From assembly GCA_016748015.1 (NCBI GenBank), contig JAAOMT010000201.1, positions 504,224-568,223 of the forward strand: DNA of 64,000 bases. Direction: 5' to 3'. Position numbers and translations under genes: made by a program. Of the stretch, positions 11,555 to 25,831 are shown one piece after another. The stretch comes from Geosiphon pyriformis uo1 (lineage: Eukaryota > Fungi > Glomeromycota). A model generated the notes under the pieces. The model saw nothing but the letters and a program-made list of their open reading frames with translations, made no database searches and had not been told where the DNA came from. Numbering within the stretch: position 1 is the first letter of the stretch; each line of letters opens with the position of its first letter.

Positions 11555-14500
11555 TTTTAATTACTCAGCCAAGCTCGAATTGTTTACCAAAAATGTCTGA
11601 GATTTTAGAAAATAGAAATTTATTATTATTAAGAGTAAATAAAACCTTTTTTTTTGATTTACTCTAATTTAATAAAAGGTAGAATTATCTTCTTTTAAAT
11701 TGTAGCTTTTCGACCTAAAACAAAAATTGCAGCTTGCTAGAAAATGAGCACCAATAAATATTATTTTAAATAAAAATTTGAAATTTTGCAATATCGAAAA
11801 TAAAACATTGCATTGAAGAGAAAAAAATATTTTCTAAAGATTTTATGCATTTGTCAAAGTGAAAAGAAATTTGTATAAATAAATAGCAAACAAGCTATTT
11901 GTCAGATTTAAATTAACTTTCAAAATTTTTTTCAATCAATGAAAGTATAAGAATAAAAGTTTAATATTATAAAAGATATATTATAATATCGTTATATATA
12001 TAAATTTTCTATGATGAATTTAAGAATCTGGTTCCAAAGTGCCATAAAAAATTGTTATATCATGCAACAGAATAATAGAGTCGTTTTCTTTCTATAAAAT
12101 TTGTGGCTAAAATTGATACTGAAAATCACCTTTTCGGATCACGGATAAAAGGAATGAATTCTAAATAATATTATTAGCAAATTTTTATTAGGAATTTTAT
12201 CAATAAATAGAAGAAAAGTGTAGTAATCTCTAGAATCACGTCCATCATGAGCTAATCCTCCTCTCATAGTACATTAATGAAAGTACCTATAATATTTAAA
12301 TTCTTTGATAATTTCCTTACAAACAAAAGGTTTGAAAATTAAAAGCTTGATTTGATACATGAATAAGATGTAAAACTAAAAAGCTTCAATTTTTTTATCA
12401 TTTAAATAATTTCTTTCAGACCATATTTTATTTGAATAAGTATCAATTTTGCCTCATGGAAAGATTTTTTCTTGTCATTTTGTTTATTATTCGTCAGTTT
12501 TTTAGTTTGATATAAGGTTTCTAATTTTTGTTGATTCGACAAAATATATTATTATAACCAAAAAATTGTGGAACAAGCTTTTAAAATTTTTCTTTCGAAT
12601 AAAATTTTTTTTTTCATTATTGCATTGAGAACATATCGAATTTTTGTTTATTTAGAAAAAATAAAATATTCTTTTAAGAAGGACTCCACAATTTTATCTG
12701 AAGTTTTATTTGAATTTTTGAAGAACAAGAGGAAAATTTTTTTACAAAATTGCTTATGCGAACCTTGAAATTCAATTAAATTTTTTTAGAGCTTATCTAA
12801 TTCCGAAAATTTTTTTACCAGGTTGTCGCATTATTTTTATAGTTTAATTAAGTGAATGAAATTGTGCGAGCGACGATTCAATTCCTATAATTTGGCAAGA
12901 CATAAAAACTTGATTTTTTCACACACATATCGGCTAGAAAATCCTAAAGAATCAACAAAAATTCGCATATTTTTTAGTAGATCAATCAATTTAGAACAAA
13001 TATTATTGTGAAATGTCAATATAAATGGCAGGAACTATAAGAACGATATGAATGAAGTTTTTATAACGTTTGAGTTGGTTATTTTCTTGAAAACTAATCT
13101 TGGAATCTCATATCTCATCTTCAAAAATGACATGATATAATTTATATTTGAGACCTAAAAATTCCCCTCTTATTTTAATTGAAGTTGTTGTATCTTAATT
13201 AAATATAAAATTCTTTCTCGCTTTCATCATGATCAAAATGAAACCCAATTTTTTTAAATATTTTTTTTTCATTTTTGTTATTTCCGGTTCAAGAACTTTG
13301 CATGTTCAAACAAAGCCTATTTATGAAAATTCGGCTAATAGCCTTGAACAGAATACCATTCCAGTTAATTATTCTCTTGAGCCAGATACTGAATTTCCAA
13401 AAGAATTGGACACTAATAACGGTTGGATCCTAAACGAATGAACTAACTCGTTCATATTTCATTAATTTGACCATTTTCATATGAAGATTAAAAATTTTGT
13501 ACACTTTTAGAACCATTAAATTTTTACGATAATCAACTTGGGTTCAATGCTGCAATTCCTGATGATGTTGCATTCACACCATCACTATCACTTTTCAACC
13601 AACTCGATCAAGAATTCAGTAACACTTTGCAACCGCAGACTGTATCCGACAATTTGTTAATGCCTTCTATCATGGCTTCCCTCGTTGATGAAGGAAGGGA
13701 AAGTCAAGTTTCAAAACAGCCTAAAGATAGCTCTACATTTACCGTGGAAAATGGAAGCAATGAATTGAACCAAGTCTCTTTTTCGCAAGATAGTTTACCA
13801 AATATAGCAGGTAAGGTTCTAAGTTATCTGATGAATTTAATTAGAGAATGCAATTTTTAAATACAGTCATCAATTTTGCCTCAACTTGAAATTTCCTCAA
13901 TTCAGAAAGCTCTTTTACAAAAAATGAAATGGGACCTGTGGCATTGAATTTCGGGGAACTCAAGAAGAATTTAGGTGAATTGTACCACAATTTTAGAAAA
14001 GATCGAGATCTATTGAAAAATGATCTATATTTAGGAAATTATGCACTCATGGCGAATGCTGCATACTGCAATTCGGGACGTATTCCAATAGAATATCGTA
14101 GTAAGATTTTATCAAAATCTCATTTGTTTTATTTAAAGGTATTAATCAGATATTTTAAGCTAATTTAATTGATCCATTTCTCAAACCAGTCAATCAAAAC
14201 TTCAATTATATAGAGATCGCAGTTATATTTGTCAGTAACCAGAAGTCATACAATAATTTAGTGAAGAACTATGTGGAATTCACTCATATGTCGTACCCCA
14301 AACCTCCAAATGAGGTGAAATATTTCCAATCATTGGAAGAAAATGTATTGGTCCATGCAGAATTTTATCGGGATTGGTTAACGGTGCAAGAAGGCTTTCT
14401 TAAGAAGATTAGAGAAATGACAGTTGGGAATCCGCTTGCTGTTATTCGATTTATCGGGCATGGTGTCGGTGGAGGTTTGTTCTCAACTTTAAAGTCAGTA

Positions 14501-16100
14501 AGAAATTTAAACTTTTATCATTAAAAATGAAATTATTATCTCCTAGTCTACGCAATTTTTGCATCTTTATCATATCTTGCAAGATATCCTAAAAAGTACA
14601 TTGTGGTATATACTTATGGCCAACCACGAATGGGAAACGAAAATTTTCGTGCTATTATCCATAAAATCATTTACTTGAAAAAAGGGGCATATCAAATATT
14701 TCGTGTTACTCGATCTGATGATCCTGTTGTCCATTGGCCGACTAATTACGAGTCGGATCCCGGTGCGCCAAAACCAAGTAAAGACGTTGCGGTAAAACCG
14801 TATACGTTTGTTCATCATCAAGCCGAATATTTTTTCGAAGAGGAAACTAACAATGTGTATTTTTGCAAAATACCATGGTTTAAAAGTGAAAATAAAGTAT
14901 GTATATTTATCACTTTTGCACGTGGTTTAGGTGATATCATAAATATAAATTTCTTGAAATGGTTTTTTTCTTTTACTTTAGTCTTGTGCCAACGGGAAAA
15001 AACTGGACCCCAAAGTTGATAAACATAATGGGCCTTACTTCAATGTTACGATGGGCCAATGTGTACCTTATAAAAGTCCTTACGGCATGAAGTCAACTAA
15101 ATATTTTTCATGAATTTATTTATTCAGGTGGAGATTTTCTAATATTAGCACCAATGGAAAATTTTCTAAATCTTTTCAGCTTACAAATCACCATCAATTT
15201 CCATGGAGAAAAAGCATGCCTAAATAAAATCAATATTTAAATATTGCACTACTAAAATATTTTTCTAACTTTACTCTAGTTTTTAAGCAATTAATTTTTT
15301 TCCAGTTTTAATCAAATATTTCGTGATTTTAATAATAATGGTCATATACGCATAAAAAATGATATTCATCACAAAATTTTGCAATTTATCTTTTGACCTG
15401 AAAATATATGATAAATACGAATAGAAAATTTATAAATAAAGTAATATCATGTATGTCTTGAATGAATTTATAAGTTCTATAGTTTGAAGCAATTTTATGT
15501 TGAGAAGCTGAAGATAGTCTTTAGAGATGGAAAATGAGTCTTGCCAGTCATTCTAGTTATTTAAACTAAGAACCGTGAGATATTAGGATTTCAAAATATT
15601 TTGTTCGAACTCGATTCCGATTTTCCCATGTCACTCTATTTATATGTGGAAGATTTGAGATTACTCTAGGCTCTCAAAATCACTATATGAAAGAATCCCT
15701 TTTAAAGATATAAGAGTTATCTTTAAGCAACATTGTGAAAATAATATTTCATTTTGCTAGCTCAGTATTATAAAAAACATGAGAACCATTTTGAAAAATT
15801 TATAATATAAATAAAATCTTTGACATATCATTTTATGAAAAGTCTATGTCCTATAGCAGAGGTTATAATAATGGTCAATTCTTAATTTGAATAAGTGTCA
15901 TTTGGTTTCATAGATACATTTCCTTTATCAAATGTATATTTGGCTATTATTTGAAATATGATTACAAAAATTTAATGATATTTTAAATCAGTCAAATATA
16001 AATACTATAAGTTAAGGTCACAAATACATTTTTTTGCCTATACAATCTGAAAAAATATTAAAAATATATAACAGTTCGGTGTATTTGACCAAAATTCAAT
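11555..16100 (+). repeat. Segmental duplication unit 2 (lipase-like gene B with flanks)
   Basis: Direct copy of unit 1 at an offset of 8430 bp in the 5' gene part; homology starts right at the edge of the transposase relic. Confidence 0.85.
13229..15113 (+). CDS. Secreted class-3 lipase-like protein, copy B (~484 aa), predicted catalytically inactive (GHGVGG)
   Basis: Exons 13229-13421, 13511-13810, 13906-14100, 14190-14474, 14547-14896, 14982-15113; same intron phases as copy A, open frame to TGA at 15111-15113. Confidence 0.9.
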
Positions 16101-16926
16101 AAAAAATTTAAAAATACTATAACTTAAAAGAATGTTTAAAGAAACTTAAAAAAAATTTTGCTTTTAGCATTTTTTGTCTATTAAACAGTCAACTATAATA
16201 TTCTAATTATAAATTTTTTTACTTATTTTATGGATAAATAACAACATTATTTATTGAAGCCATTTTTTGAAGAAATAATAAATGCTAACTATAAAAACAT
16301 TTTGTAACAAAAACTTGATATGATTTTATATTTTTTACAAAAAGTATAAATAATTGTTTACAAAAAGATAAAACAGTTTTAAGAAAGACTCAAAAACAAA
16401 AAAACTTATAAAACACTTTGCTAAGTATTAGTAACTTAGTTTTTAATATCAATTTAATTAAAGAAATGTTTTTGGTCATAAATTTTCAAGTCAAAAGAAA
16501 AAACTATTTATTATTAACAAACTATTAAACAAAAAATTTATATCTTGTAAAATTAATATAAAAAAATATTTTATAATTAACTTTTTTATAGATACAAATT
16601 AAGAAAATACTACAAAAAACTTGAATTGTTATCAGTTGTTATAATACTGTAATATTAATTAACAAATTACCAAAACATATATAAGTAGTAACATTGCAAT
16701 TTTAAAACAAAAATATATTTTTAATCAAATATACAAACCATTTTTTATATTTTTTACAAATATAAGACAAAAAATTATCCGAATGCTTTGCTTTTCATTA
16801 AGAAAAATCATTATAAAATATAAATTAAAGTATATTCTTTATAAATCCAAAAAAAATTGTTATAAAGAGAGAAAAAATTGGGTGTTTTTTCTTATGATTC
16901 AGTGAAAAGTGTGACTAGTCAGTGTT

Positions 16927-17040
16927 GTCTTGACTGGCCCAGGTGGGTGGTCACATGTAGAGAGTGCGTGAGCTGCTTCTAATACGTAATGAAAAATTTT
17001 TTCGATTATGCATAATTAGGTAGTGGTTGGTTCATACTTA
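16927..17040 (+). repeat. GC-rich dispersed repeat motif (TTGAYTGGCYYAGGTGGSTGGTCACRYGTAG), copy 1
   Basis: Matches 59553-59630 and partly 61779-61797; embedded in extremely AT-rich DNA. Confidence 0.55.
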
Positions 17041-17239
17041 GTGAATGCATTAAATAATATAATAAAAACAAAAATAACAATTACAAGAAAAAATATCTAA
17101 ATATTCTACAATGTTAATTACAACATTATTAATTTTATCAAAGGGAAATGAATTATGAATTAAATTTTAATTATGGTTGGACAAAAGAGATTTGTTTTAA
17201 TAAATTGTATTTTTCCTTTTTTAACAGTTTTTTAAAATC

Positions 17240-17550
17240 TATTTGAGTCCTTGAATGGTGCTTTGTCAGAACTTTCATTTATAAAAGATTTTCCTCAAAT
17301 TTGTTTGCCAGTAGGACGGTTCAATGGATTGGCATCCCAATACTTTTCAATGAGTTCAGCCATTGAACCTGAAATAAGAGGTGAGCTAAGTTCGAGTTTT
17401 TTACTATTCGGAATAGCCATTATGAGATTTTTAGAATGAGGATGAAAGGCAGGCTTTCTTGTTACAATTCCCATAATAACATTTCATAACTATAAATATC
17501 ATCTAATTTTTTATTCCAAAAGAATTTTATGATATATATTTTCGCATATC
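17240..17550 (-). pseudogene. TKL-type protein kinase C-lobe relic
   Basis: Minus strand: DDIYSYEMLLWEL/TRKPAF...MAELIEKYWDANPLNRPTGKQI* (subdomains IX-XI) with a frameshift. Confidence 0.8.
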
Positions 17551-17936
17551 TTCAAAATGGTTTACTTTGATTATAACCAAATTAACAAATCAAATATTAA
17601 ATTTGGAATTGGCATATTTCGCGATTTTACTTACATCATTTGCTTAAAGATGGCTCGCCTCTAATTTTTGAATTTTAAATATCTTGTAAATCTTATCGAA
17701 TTTCGTCCAATTCAGTTTTTGGAAGAAATTAAGGGAATTTTTTTTTTACTTTGGCTTTAAATACGAACTTTCATATTTGGAAGGAAGAAAAAAGATTAAA
17801 CCTTATATCCCTATTATTAAAAGAGATTTCTAATTTAATATCAGATCACCTGTCGATCATATGTAGTATAAAACTCAGTGCTGAAAGACTGCAGATTGAA
17901 ATATCAATATTTCAAAGCTTTTTATACATTTGACCA

Positions 17937-19446
17937 ATGGCACCCCTGCAATTCTTTCAGGCTTTATCCGATGATTTTGGAAATTTACTGGATAGCCAAA
18001 ATTTTTCTGATGTTAGGATTGTTATTGGAGAAGCGCCTAATATTAGAACTTTTAATGCTCATTCACCAATTTTAGCAGCAAGATCTCCATATTTTGCTGT
18101 AGCACTCTCTAGTAATGGGATTAAAAGAGAAAATAATGCCATAATATTCGCTAAACCTAATATTTCTCCTAATATTTTTGAGATAATTCTCAGGTAAAGG
18201 TTTTCATTTCCTTTAAAGTATTTTGGCCAAAATAAATTTATATGTTTTATTTCCTGTACAGATATATTTATAATGGCGAGATTTCTCTTGATAAACATGG
18301 AATACCTACCATTTTAGAATTGCTTGTTACCGCTGACGAGCTTATTTTAGAAAACTTAATTGAACACCTTGAAGCCTATTTGATTGAACATCATGTAAAA
18401 GAGCTAGAAGAAAATTTCGCCATTTTGCAGAAAACTTCATTTATGCATGATTCTTTCAAAAAGTTACAAAATTTCTGCACCGAAATAGCTGCTAACAATC
18501 CAGCTATAGTCTTCAACTCGCAAGATTTTACCTCCCTTAATGAAAATGCACTTTCCTCAATTTTAACTCGGGATGACCTAAACATAGAAGAATCTGAAAT
18601 ATGGGAAAAGATTGTGGAATGGGGAGTTGCTAAATTGGATAACAATATTCAGACGAAGAACGCTCTTTACTGGACAGATGAAAATTTCAACGCCTTTAAG
18701 GAATCCATTGAAAGACTTTTACCTTTAATCCGGTTCTTTAACATATCTTCAGTTAACTTCTATCACAAAGTAAAACCATTTGCGAGAATCTTACCTGGAA
18801 CTTTATATGAAGATCTTTTACATCATTATCTCGTACCGGGCAGTTATCAAGAGTCTGTAGACGCTCAGCCATTACGTTGTTCTCGATCAAATATTGATTC
18901 AAAGATTCTTCAATCGCATAATATAAAACAGCTAGATCATTGGATTCAGGGCAAAGACGAAAATACCCCTTTTGAAAATCAACTTGGAAATGATTTTCAA
19001 TTGTTACTTCGAGGCAGTCGAGACGGATTCACTCCAGCCGATTTTCATCGATTATGCGATGATAAAGGAGCAACAGTTACCGTAATCAAAGTGAAAGGAA
19101 CTGGTCAGCTAATTGGCGGCTATAACCCACAATCTTGGCACTCTCGGGATGAATATTTGGAGGGAAAAGGAAGTTTTATTTTTTCCCTTGGAGATGGCAA
19201 AGCTGGAAATGGTAAACTTAGCAAATTTATTGAAGGACATGGACCTTATGGTGGGCCAAGTAATGGACCCTATTTTGGATTGGGCAGTATTGAATTGTCT
19301 GGTAATGACTTTAAAGTAGTCCAGGGTGCTATTGTAGAAAAACAAAAGAATATGAGCATGTTATAATGCCTGGAATGGAAAATCACCCGAGGAAGTTTTT
19401 TTCCGAGGAGTATGAAGTTTTTCAAATTATAAAAAGAAAAATTTAG
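17937..19446 (+). CDS. BTB/POZ-BACK-TLDc domain protein (~480 aa), apparent 1-nt frameshift near the 3' end
   Basis: Exon 1 17937-18193, intron 18194-18261, exon 2 from 18262. Motifs SDV.IVIGE..FNAHS.ILAARSPYF, LRYIYNG, IWE..VEWG, LLLRGSRDGF...FH..CD.KG.TV..IK, GGYNP..W. The canonical TLDc end (EEYEVFQI..*) lies in another frame after ~19315. Confidence 0.88.
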
Positions 19447-20289
19447 TTTTGATAACTTAATCGAATGAAGTTCCTATTTTTTATTAAATCTAACATGAAT
19501 TTTATAGTCACTAAATTCTCAGTAGATATTTTTTGAGAATGTCTTTTTTTGAAAGAAATTCAGAGAGCTTTTAAAAAGATAAAGCATTATTTACATATAA
19601 TTATTCAAAAGCTCTTTTAGCTTTGTGATACATTTTATTGCAGATGAAAATTGTAAAATTTTGAATTTCCACAATTGTCTAGAATTAGTTAAGAAGCACT
19701 AGAAATAAAACTTATTTTAGATATAGCGTTGAAATGCATTGTTTTGCTTCGTATTAGTTGACAGCTATGTAATAAACAGAACTTTAAATTAAAGTGAAGA
19801 TTAGAAATGAATTTAATCTTTATTGATAATGGCAACAAAAAATGAAACTCTAACAAAAAATTAAATTCTTATTATTAAATGTTGATGGTTATTTATTAAA
19901 TGTCTAAAATTTTAATAACTATAATTTCAATGATTTAAGTAATAAATAATTCATAAAAAATTTTTTATTTTGAATTAATGTTTAAATTTTACAAAAATAA
20001 TATTCAAAAAAAATAAATTACAAATATTAGATTTTTGTATTTTCTTCAACAATTTTTACATTAAAAGTTTTTTGTCTTATCATTTTACAATTTTTGAAAA
20101 TTGGTATTTATTAATTAAAATAAAGCTGTAAAACTTTATGTCTTTTTAAGTCTTAGATTTGTTGTTTAAATTTTAAGAGCATTAATTAAGACATAGAATT
20201 ATAATAAACTACTTCTTTATCTTTAGTTTTTTCTGAAATATTAGGAACTGTGATATTAAAACTGATCACATTAAAATATGTTTCTTACA

Positions 20290-20925
20290 CATTCAATTTA
20301 CTTTATTTTTTCATGAAATTAATAAACAATTGTCTTGCTAACAATATATTTATTCTTAATATAGTCACAATTATTGGACTTAATCCAATATTCCACCATG
20401 GGAGTGCAAATAATCCTCGTTTTTGGTGTAGACCATCATTCGGAAGATTCACCACAATATCATTTTTGTAAGTAACTCGAGCATATATATTTGTGGCTTC
20501 ATCCAGAGCTTGAGAAAAATTTCAATTCCCTAATTCTTGACTGGCCGTAAGTAAATAGCTGTAATGAAATATGTGGTGTTCATTTAAATTGATAAAACTC
20601 ATGAGCAGCAAATGCTGTATAGACTACAAGATTAAAAAAGCAATTTTGAGCTTGGAAAGAATATTAGAAATCATCAAAATAATAAATCACCAGCACTCAT
20701 GCCATGTACAATAAAAGTTGCTGTGGGAATAGCATCGAATCTTTGTTTCTCTATTTCTTCTAGGATACTTGAAAAATGATAATGAAAATGCTAGTATTGA
20801 TCTAAAAATATTTTATCACTTTGCTTTTGCATATAATAGATATGCAGATATCTGTTCAGATGATAATAAGAGATTGTTTCAGAAGTAGAGAATTTGTTTA
20901 TGAAGACCTCCAATTCTATTTGATG
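20290..20925 (-). pseudogene. Old class-3 lipase-like pseudogene (not in ORF track)
   Basis: Minus strand: ..FIVHGMSA | intron 20690-20624 | VYTAFAA...LFTYGQSRI..NIYARVTYKNDIVVNLP...DYLHS.VEYWIKSNNCD; same intron position after the elbow as in the other lipase-like genes; stops and frameshifts. Confidence 0.75.
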
Positions 20926-23099
20926 CTAAATAAGTGAATATAATTTAGAATTTTGTCTATGGAAAAAACTTGAACTATATTCTTTGATTTAAGTCAAAAA
21001 TTAAAATGATAATTGAAATAAAAATCTTGGCAATTAATCATATTTATATATTAGCTACCTATAATGAATCTTCTAAAGAATAGGCTAATTTGGCATACGA
21101 GGCATATTTTTAAAAAAGTTTTTAGTATCAAATGTTATATAATTCTTCACAGAGCTTAATTTTTACTTTTATATTTTGATTTCATTCGTACCCTTCCAGG
21201 CCCGAAAAAAATCACAGAAACCTCAAATACCTCAAGAAATTTTACAATTTTATTAAAATATGTTGAGAAATCTCCTAGATTCTCTCATATTTAACATAAT
21301 AAAAATATGTTAGACCAGAGGCTGATATTTCCTGAGAAAGTAGACAGAGCTGTAGATAATACACTAAAGAATTTTCAAAGATATACATGGTATGCAATGA
21401 ATCTTATTGTTTGAAAGATGATATGGTAAAATCTATCAAATTTTGTCGATACGTTGTTAGAAGGTTTATTAGATTATCGAAAAAACTTTTCTATTAAAGC
21501 TGCAATAAAATTGATTGGATCTAAAATAATTTTTATAGATCGTGAAGAATCAATAGATTCGAAAGATTTTAGCCTCATCATAAAAACAAACTTTCGAATA
21601 TCAATATACAAAAGAGGCAAAAGTATATAAACTATTTTTTTAGAATGATATATTTAATTCTGCAAGCCATCAAACTAACTGATATTCGAGATATTGTAGC
21701 TATTTGGGACCAGTTTGTATCCAACTATATTTCTTTAAAAATTTTATTTGACTTTTGAAATTCACACAATAATCTATGTCACCTTAAAAATCCTGGAATT
21801 AATTACTCTTCCATTAAGTCTTTGACCCCAAATTGAAATCGTGGGAAATCGGAAGTTTGCACAATATGTGAACTACCTTTACACACAAAAAAACATACTA
21901 TCTCTTGCCATGACAAAGATTATCAAGCTTAAATTGCATTTCTTCGGAATTAATAAGTAGATTGAAAGTAGATTATATTATTTATGAGGGTCATTCTACT
22001 GGAATAAAAGTAATTTATGATAGAAAATGCATGTGAAAAATGTGAGACACTTAGATTCATTGTATTTTAGAGTACTTGAACTTAATCAAAAAGATTTTAT
22101 TCAGGAAAGTGAGGTACTTTAAAATTTCGAAAAGAAAAAATTTGTTTTTATAAACTCATTTGGAAATCTTTATTTTAAAGGAATGTAATAATAAGTTTAA
22201 TTTTAAAAATTTTCTCCCTCACAATAAAACTTATTAGGGTGTTATGATGAAAAGATGCATCAATTCGTGCCACCCATGGAAACAGTTGGTATAACATGAA
22301 TAGAAATTTGAATACATTTCATATAAATTTTATTTAAGAACTTTTTTTCACATCAAGTACTACTGGATCGCGAGAAAAAACTTTATAATTCTTTCAATCG
22401 ATTTGCTTAATTTAATATTCAATAGATCCTGTTTTTTGCTAGCACAACTCATACGAAACTTTTATTATATAAATAAAAAAATGAATGTATCAGCTTATCT
22501 GAAAGTATTGCCCATTAAAAATCAGCTCTCATATAGGTATAATAATTATTAAAATATTATTATATTAAAAGTATTTTTTTTGGTACAAATATCAATTTCA
22601 CTTTCTTAACTATTTTATAAGCAATTACATGTTTCTTCTAAAAAAAAAGTTTACCAATGTATGCTGAAAACCAGTTACAGCAGCAAACAATGGTCATTAC
22701 ATCTTACCTGTACTAGTTTGAGGTAAAACTATATTCAATTCCATTCCATTGCAGACAATATTAACCCACATTTAATAAATATTGATGTGGGAATCTAACC
22801 TTTATAAAGTAAGTTAATAATTTCTTTTATATTTAAGCGTTCTAAGCTTAGCCCTTTCGGGAACATAATTTTTGACAAAATTATAGATTGGGCTCAGATT
22901 TAAAAGCAAGATCTTTCTTTCTTCCCTTACAAAATATTCAAAACTTGATAATCCCTTAATCTTGTTTGAAAATTATGTCTCTAACTTCATCAATTGAAAA
23001 CCAAACTTCACCTTTGACTTGATTGAAGGAGAATTTTTCGGAATTCTTATTCATCAAAAGTTGCTGAATTGATGAAAAAATATTTTAAACACAAACAGA

Positions 23100-23400
23100 A
23101 AACACCTAAAGAATTATTCAAGTACAGGAACAATAAATTTTTAAAGTATTCGATAGACCATGTTTTGCTTGGGTTTTCTTTAGAACATGGGATTGAACCT
23201 TCCCAAGCCGATTAAAGCATTTTTAGAATTTGAGAAAGCGAATGTAGAAGATTCTTTTGGATATTTCTTTTTAAGTCATTATTATAATAATGGAAGAAAC
23301 AAAGAAAAATCTAAAAAAAACGTTTGAACTCTATTCAAAAGCAGCAAAGGCAGAAAATACATGTGTATAATATAGCCTTAAATGTAATGGGCATTGAGAA
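23100..23400 (+). pseudogene. Sel1-like repeat protein relic
   Basis: Reads HVLLGFSLEHGI...KAFLEFEKA...GYFFLSHYYNNGR...FELYSKAAKAEN, i.e. degenerate Sel1 repeats with frameshifts. Confidence 0.65.
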
Positions 23401-25831
23401 AAGTAATTAATTAGAAATATCTAAGTTTACTTAAACATTGAAAAACAATTAGCTCACTGGTTGAATTATTTCAGTTTGATGAATTCCACAGTAGAAAAAA
23501 ATAAAATAACAAAGTTAATTGAAATCTATTTTTGTCAATTAATTTTTTCTCTAAAAAAATAGTGGTTTATTCGTGTAATTTCAAAATTCAGTAGCTTTTT
23601 ATTGATACAATTTCTACTTGATAGCTTTTATAAAAATGGTTTTATTAAATTAAATGCTATATCGAACTATACTATCAACATGCTTTTAATTTATTTGAAG
23701 CCAAACTTCTAATGAAATTATTCATGTGTTTTTTAATTAATTAATTGGAAATAAAATGTGAGTTAAGGATTTTTTATTTGATAATAATAATAATAATAAT
23801 AATAATAAAGTGATTTAATGTGAGTTTTTGGAATTTCACGTGATATCAAGTAAATTAACCTTAGGAAACAATCACAAGCCAAATAGTTTAATTGGTAAAA
23901 ATACAAATTTTGCAAAAATTTTAACTTGCGGGTTTGTTAATTAAAAAATTCAACAACGTGACTTTGAAAAATTTTATAAATTTTCATAATAAAACAATAT
24001 ATTTCTTTTAGTTTGAATATAGCTTTTTATAAATCCGACTTGAAATAATATTAGTCTTCTTTTAAATCTATAAAATTACCGATAATGTTAACGGAAAAGA
24101 ATTATGAAAAGAAATTAAATATAATTTATGACACTTTATATTCTGAAACATTTCTAAAATATATTAATAATCAGAAACAAAAATATATGTATCACATTAT
24201 GAAATAGAGACTTGGAGTAGTCAATAAATAAAATAAAATAAACTAAAAAAGATAGAAAAATGGTATTCCCATTCGCAATTCACTTCAATTCAATTCATAA
24301 TTTACTTTAAAAATCTCAAGTCTTTTTCAAAAAAAACCGACTGTAAAATTGAATAAACTTTACTTGAAAGACATTTATTTTACTTTTTTTAAAATTTGAA
24401 TTTTTGGACTATTGTTTTTGCATTTTAAAAACTTGTACAGATACAATATCCAAAAAAAGTTCAATTGTAAATAGCAAAAACTATTTTTACTTTTAAAGAA
24501 TTCTATTAAATAAATAAATATATATATATATACAGGATATAATTTATTAACATTATGCTCGTATCAGAGAGTCTTATGGTACAACCATTTTACTTGTAAT
24601 AACAATATTCAAGTAGCTAATCGAATTTATTATAGTATTATTGGGTTAAAAATTTAAAATAAAATAAGTGGAAAAACTATTGAATTGTAAAATGAGAATT
24701 AATAAAAGTCATGTTTAATTTTGGCAAGTTTTCAATGAAAACAGAATACTTATGGAATTCAATATTAGGATAATGGTATTTTAAATTTTAATTTGATACC
24801 TTTTAAGAGAAATTTCAAAAAATTGCTTATTTATTAAAAATGAATTAATATTACCTGGTTATTCAGATTAACTCAATGAAGCTAGTCAACTGAAAATAGC
24901 CTTTTTTTTAATGTATGATTTAATAGATATTTAGTCATAGAAGATGGATGAATTCAAGTTTTCTTTATGTGCACAATTTCAATTTTATATTGATGAAACT
25001 AAATTTCAATCGTACGTTAATTATCATTATTAAAAAATTAATATACAAGAATTTGCTTGATTATTGGACAAAAATTTGTAAATACGCGAAAATTAATGAC
25101 CATATCTTAATTCTAGCTTTTACTTTTTTTAATAAGCTTCTTGTTATTGTTTATCACAATCAGTCATTAAGTAGCCAGAGTAAGATCCAGCATGATTTTT
25201 AGGATCAAGTGACGATTAATTATTAGTGGAAAGCTGTTTTCAAGTAATGAGAAAGTTGAGGATAGTAAAATTTTTTAAAAAATTAAGTTTATTTCGTTTA
25301 TTTTAATAAAATATCTCACGGTTCCTAGTTTAAATGACTAGAATGACTGGTAAAATTCATTCACCATATCTACAGACTATCTTCAAGTTCTCAAACATAA
25401 AATTATTTCAAACTGTAGAACTTATAAATTTATTAAATCGATACTTGATATTGATTTATATAAAAATTTTATATTCCCTTTTATCATATATTTTGAGCTC
25501 AAGATTTTGTCATTAAGATTCATGTTTATACGTATATGAATATTTTTTTAAAATCACCAAATATTTGATTAAACCAGAAATATATATCAATTGCTTAAAA
25601 ACTAGAATTCCTAAATACATGGAGCTCTTTTATCTCATTTATCTGGATGAATTTGATGAGCAAAGTTAGAAGAATTAATTTGGTAGAGTACCATATTGAT
25701 TTGAATAAAAAAGTCTTTAGAAATAATTTTCTCAATTAAAATTGATGGTAATTTGTAAATTGAAAAGATTCAGAAAAATTTCACTAGTGCTGATATTAAA
25801 ATATTTTGAATAAAATCTCCATCTGATAAAA

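Noticed and set aside
19305-19320. Programmed -1 ribosomal frameshift at TTTAAAG in the BTB-TLDc gene
   Set aside because: The heptamer is not in the X_XXY_YYZ phase relative to the reading frame; a simple 1-nt indel explains it.
21000-22400. Coding-like stretch of slightly higher GC
   Set aside because: Multiple stops in all frames and no motif I could recognise; family cannot be assigned.
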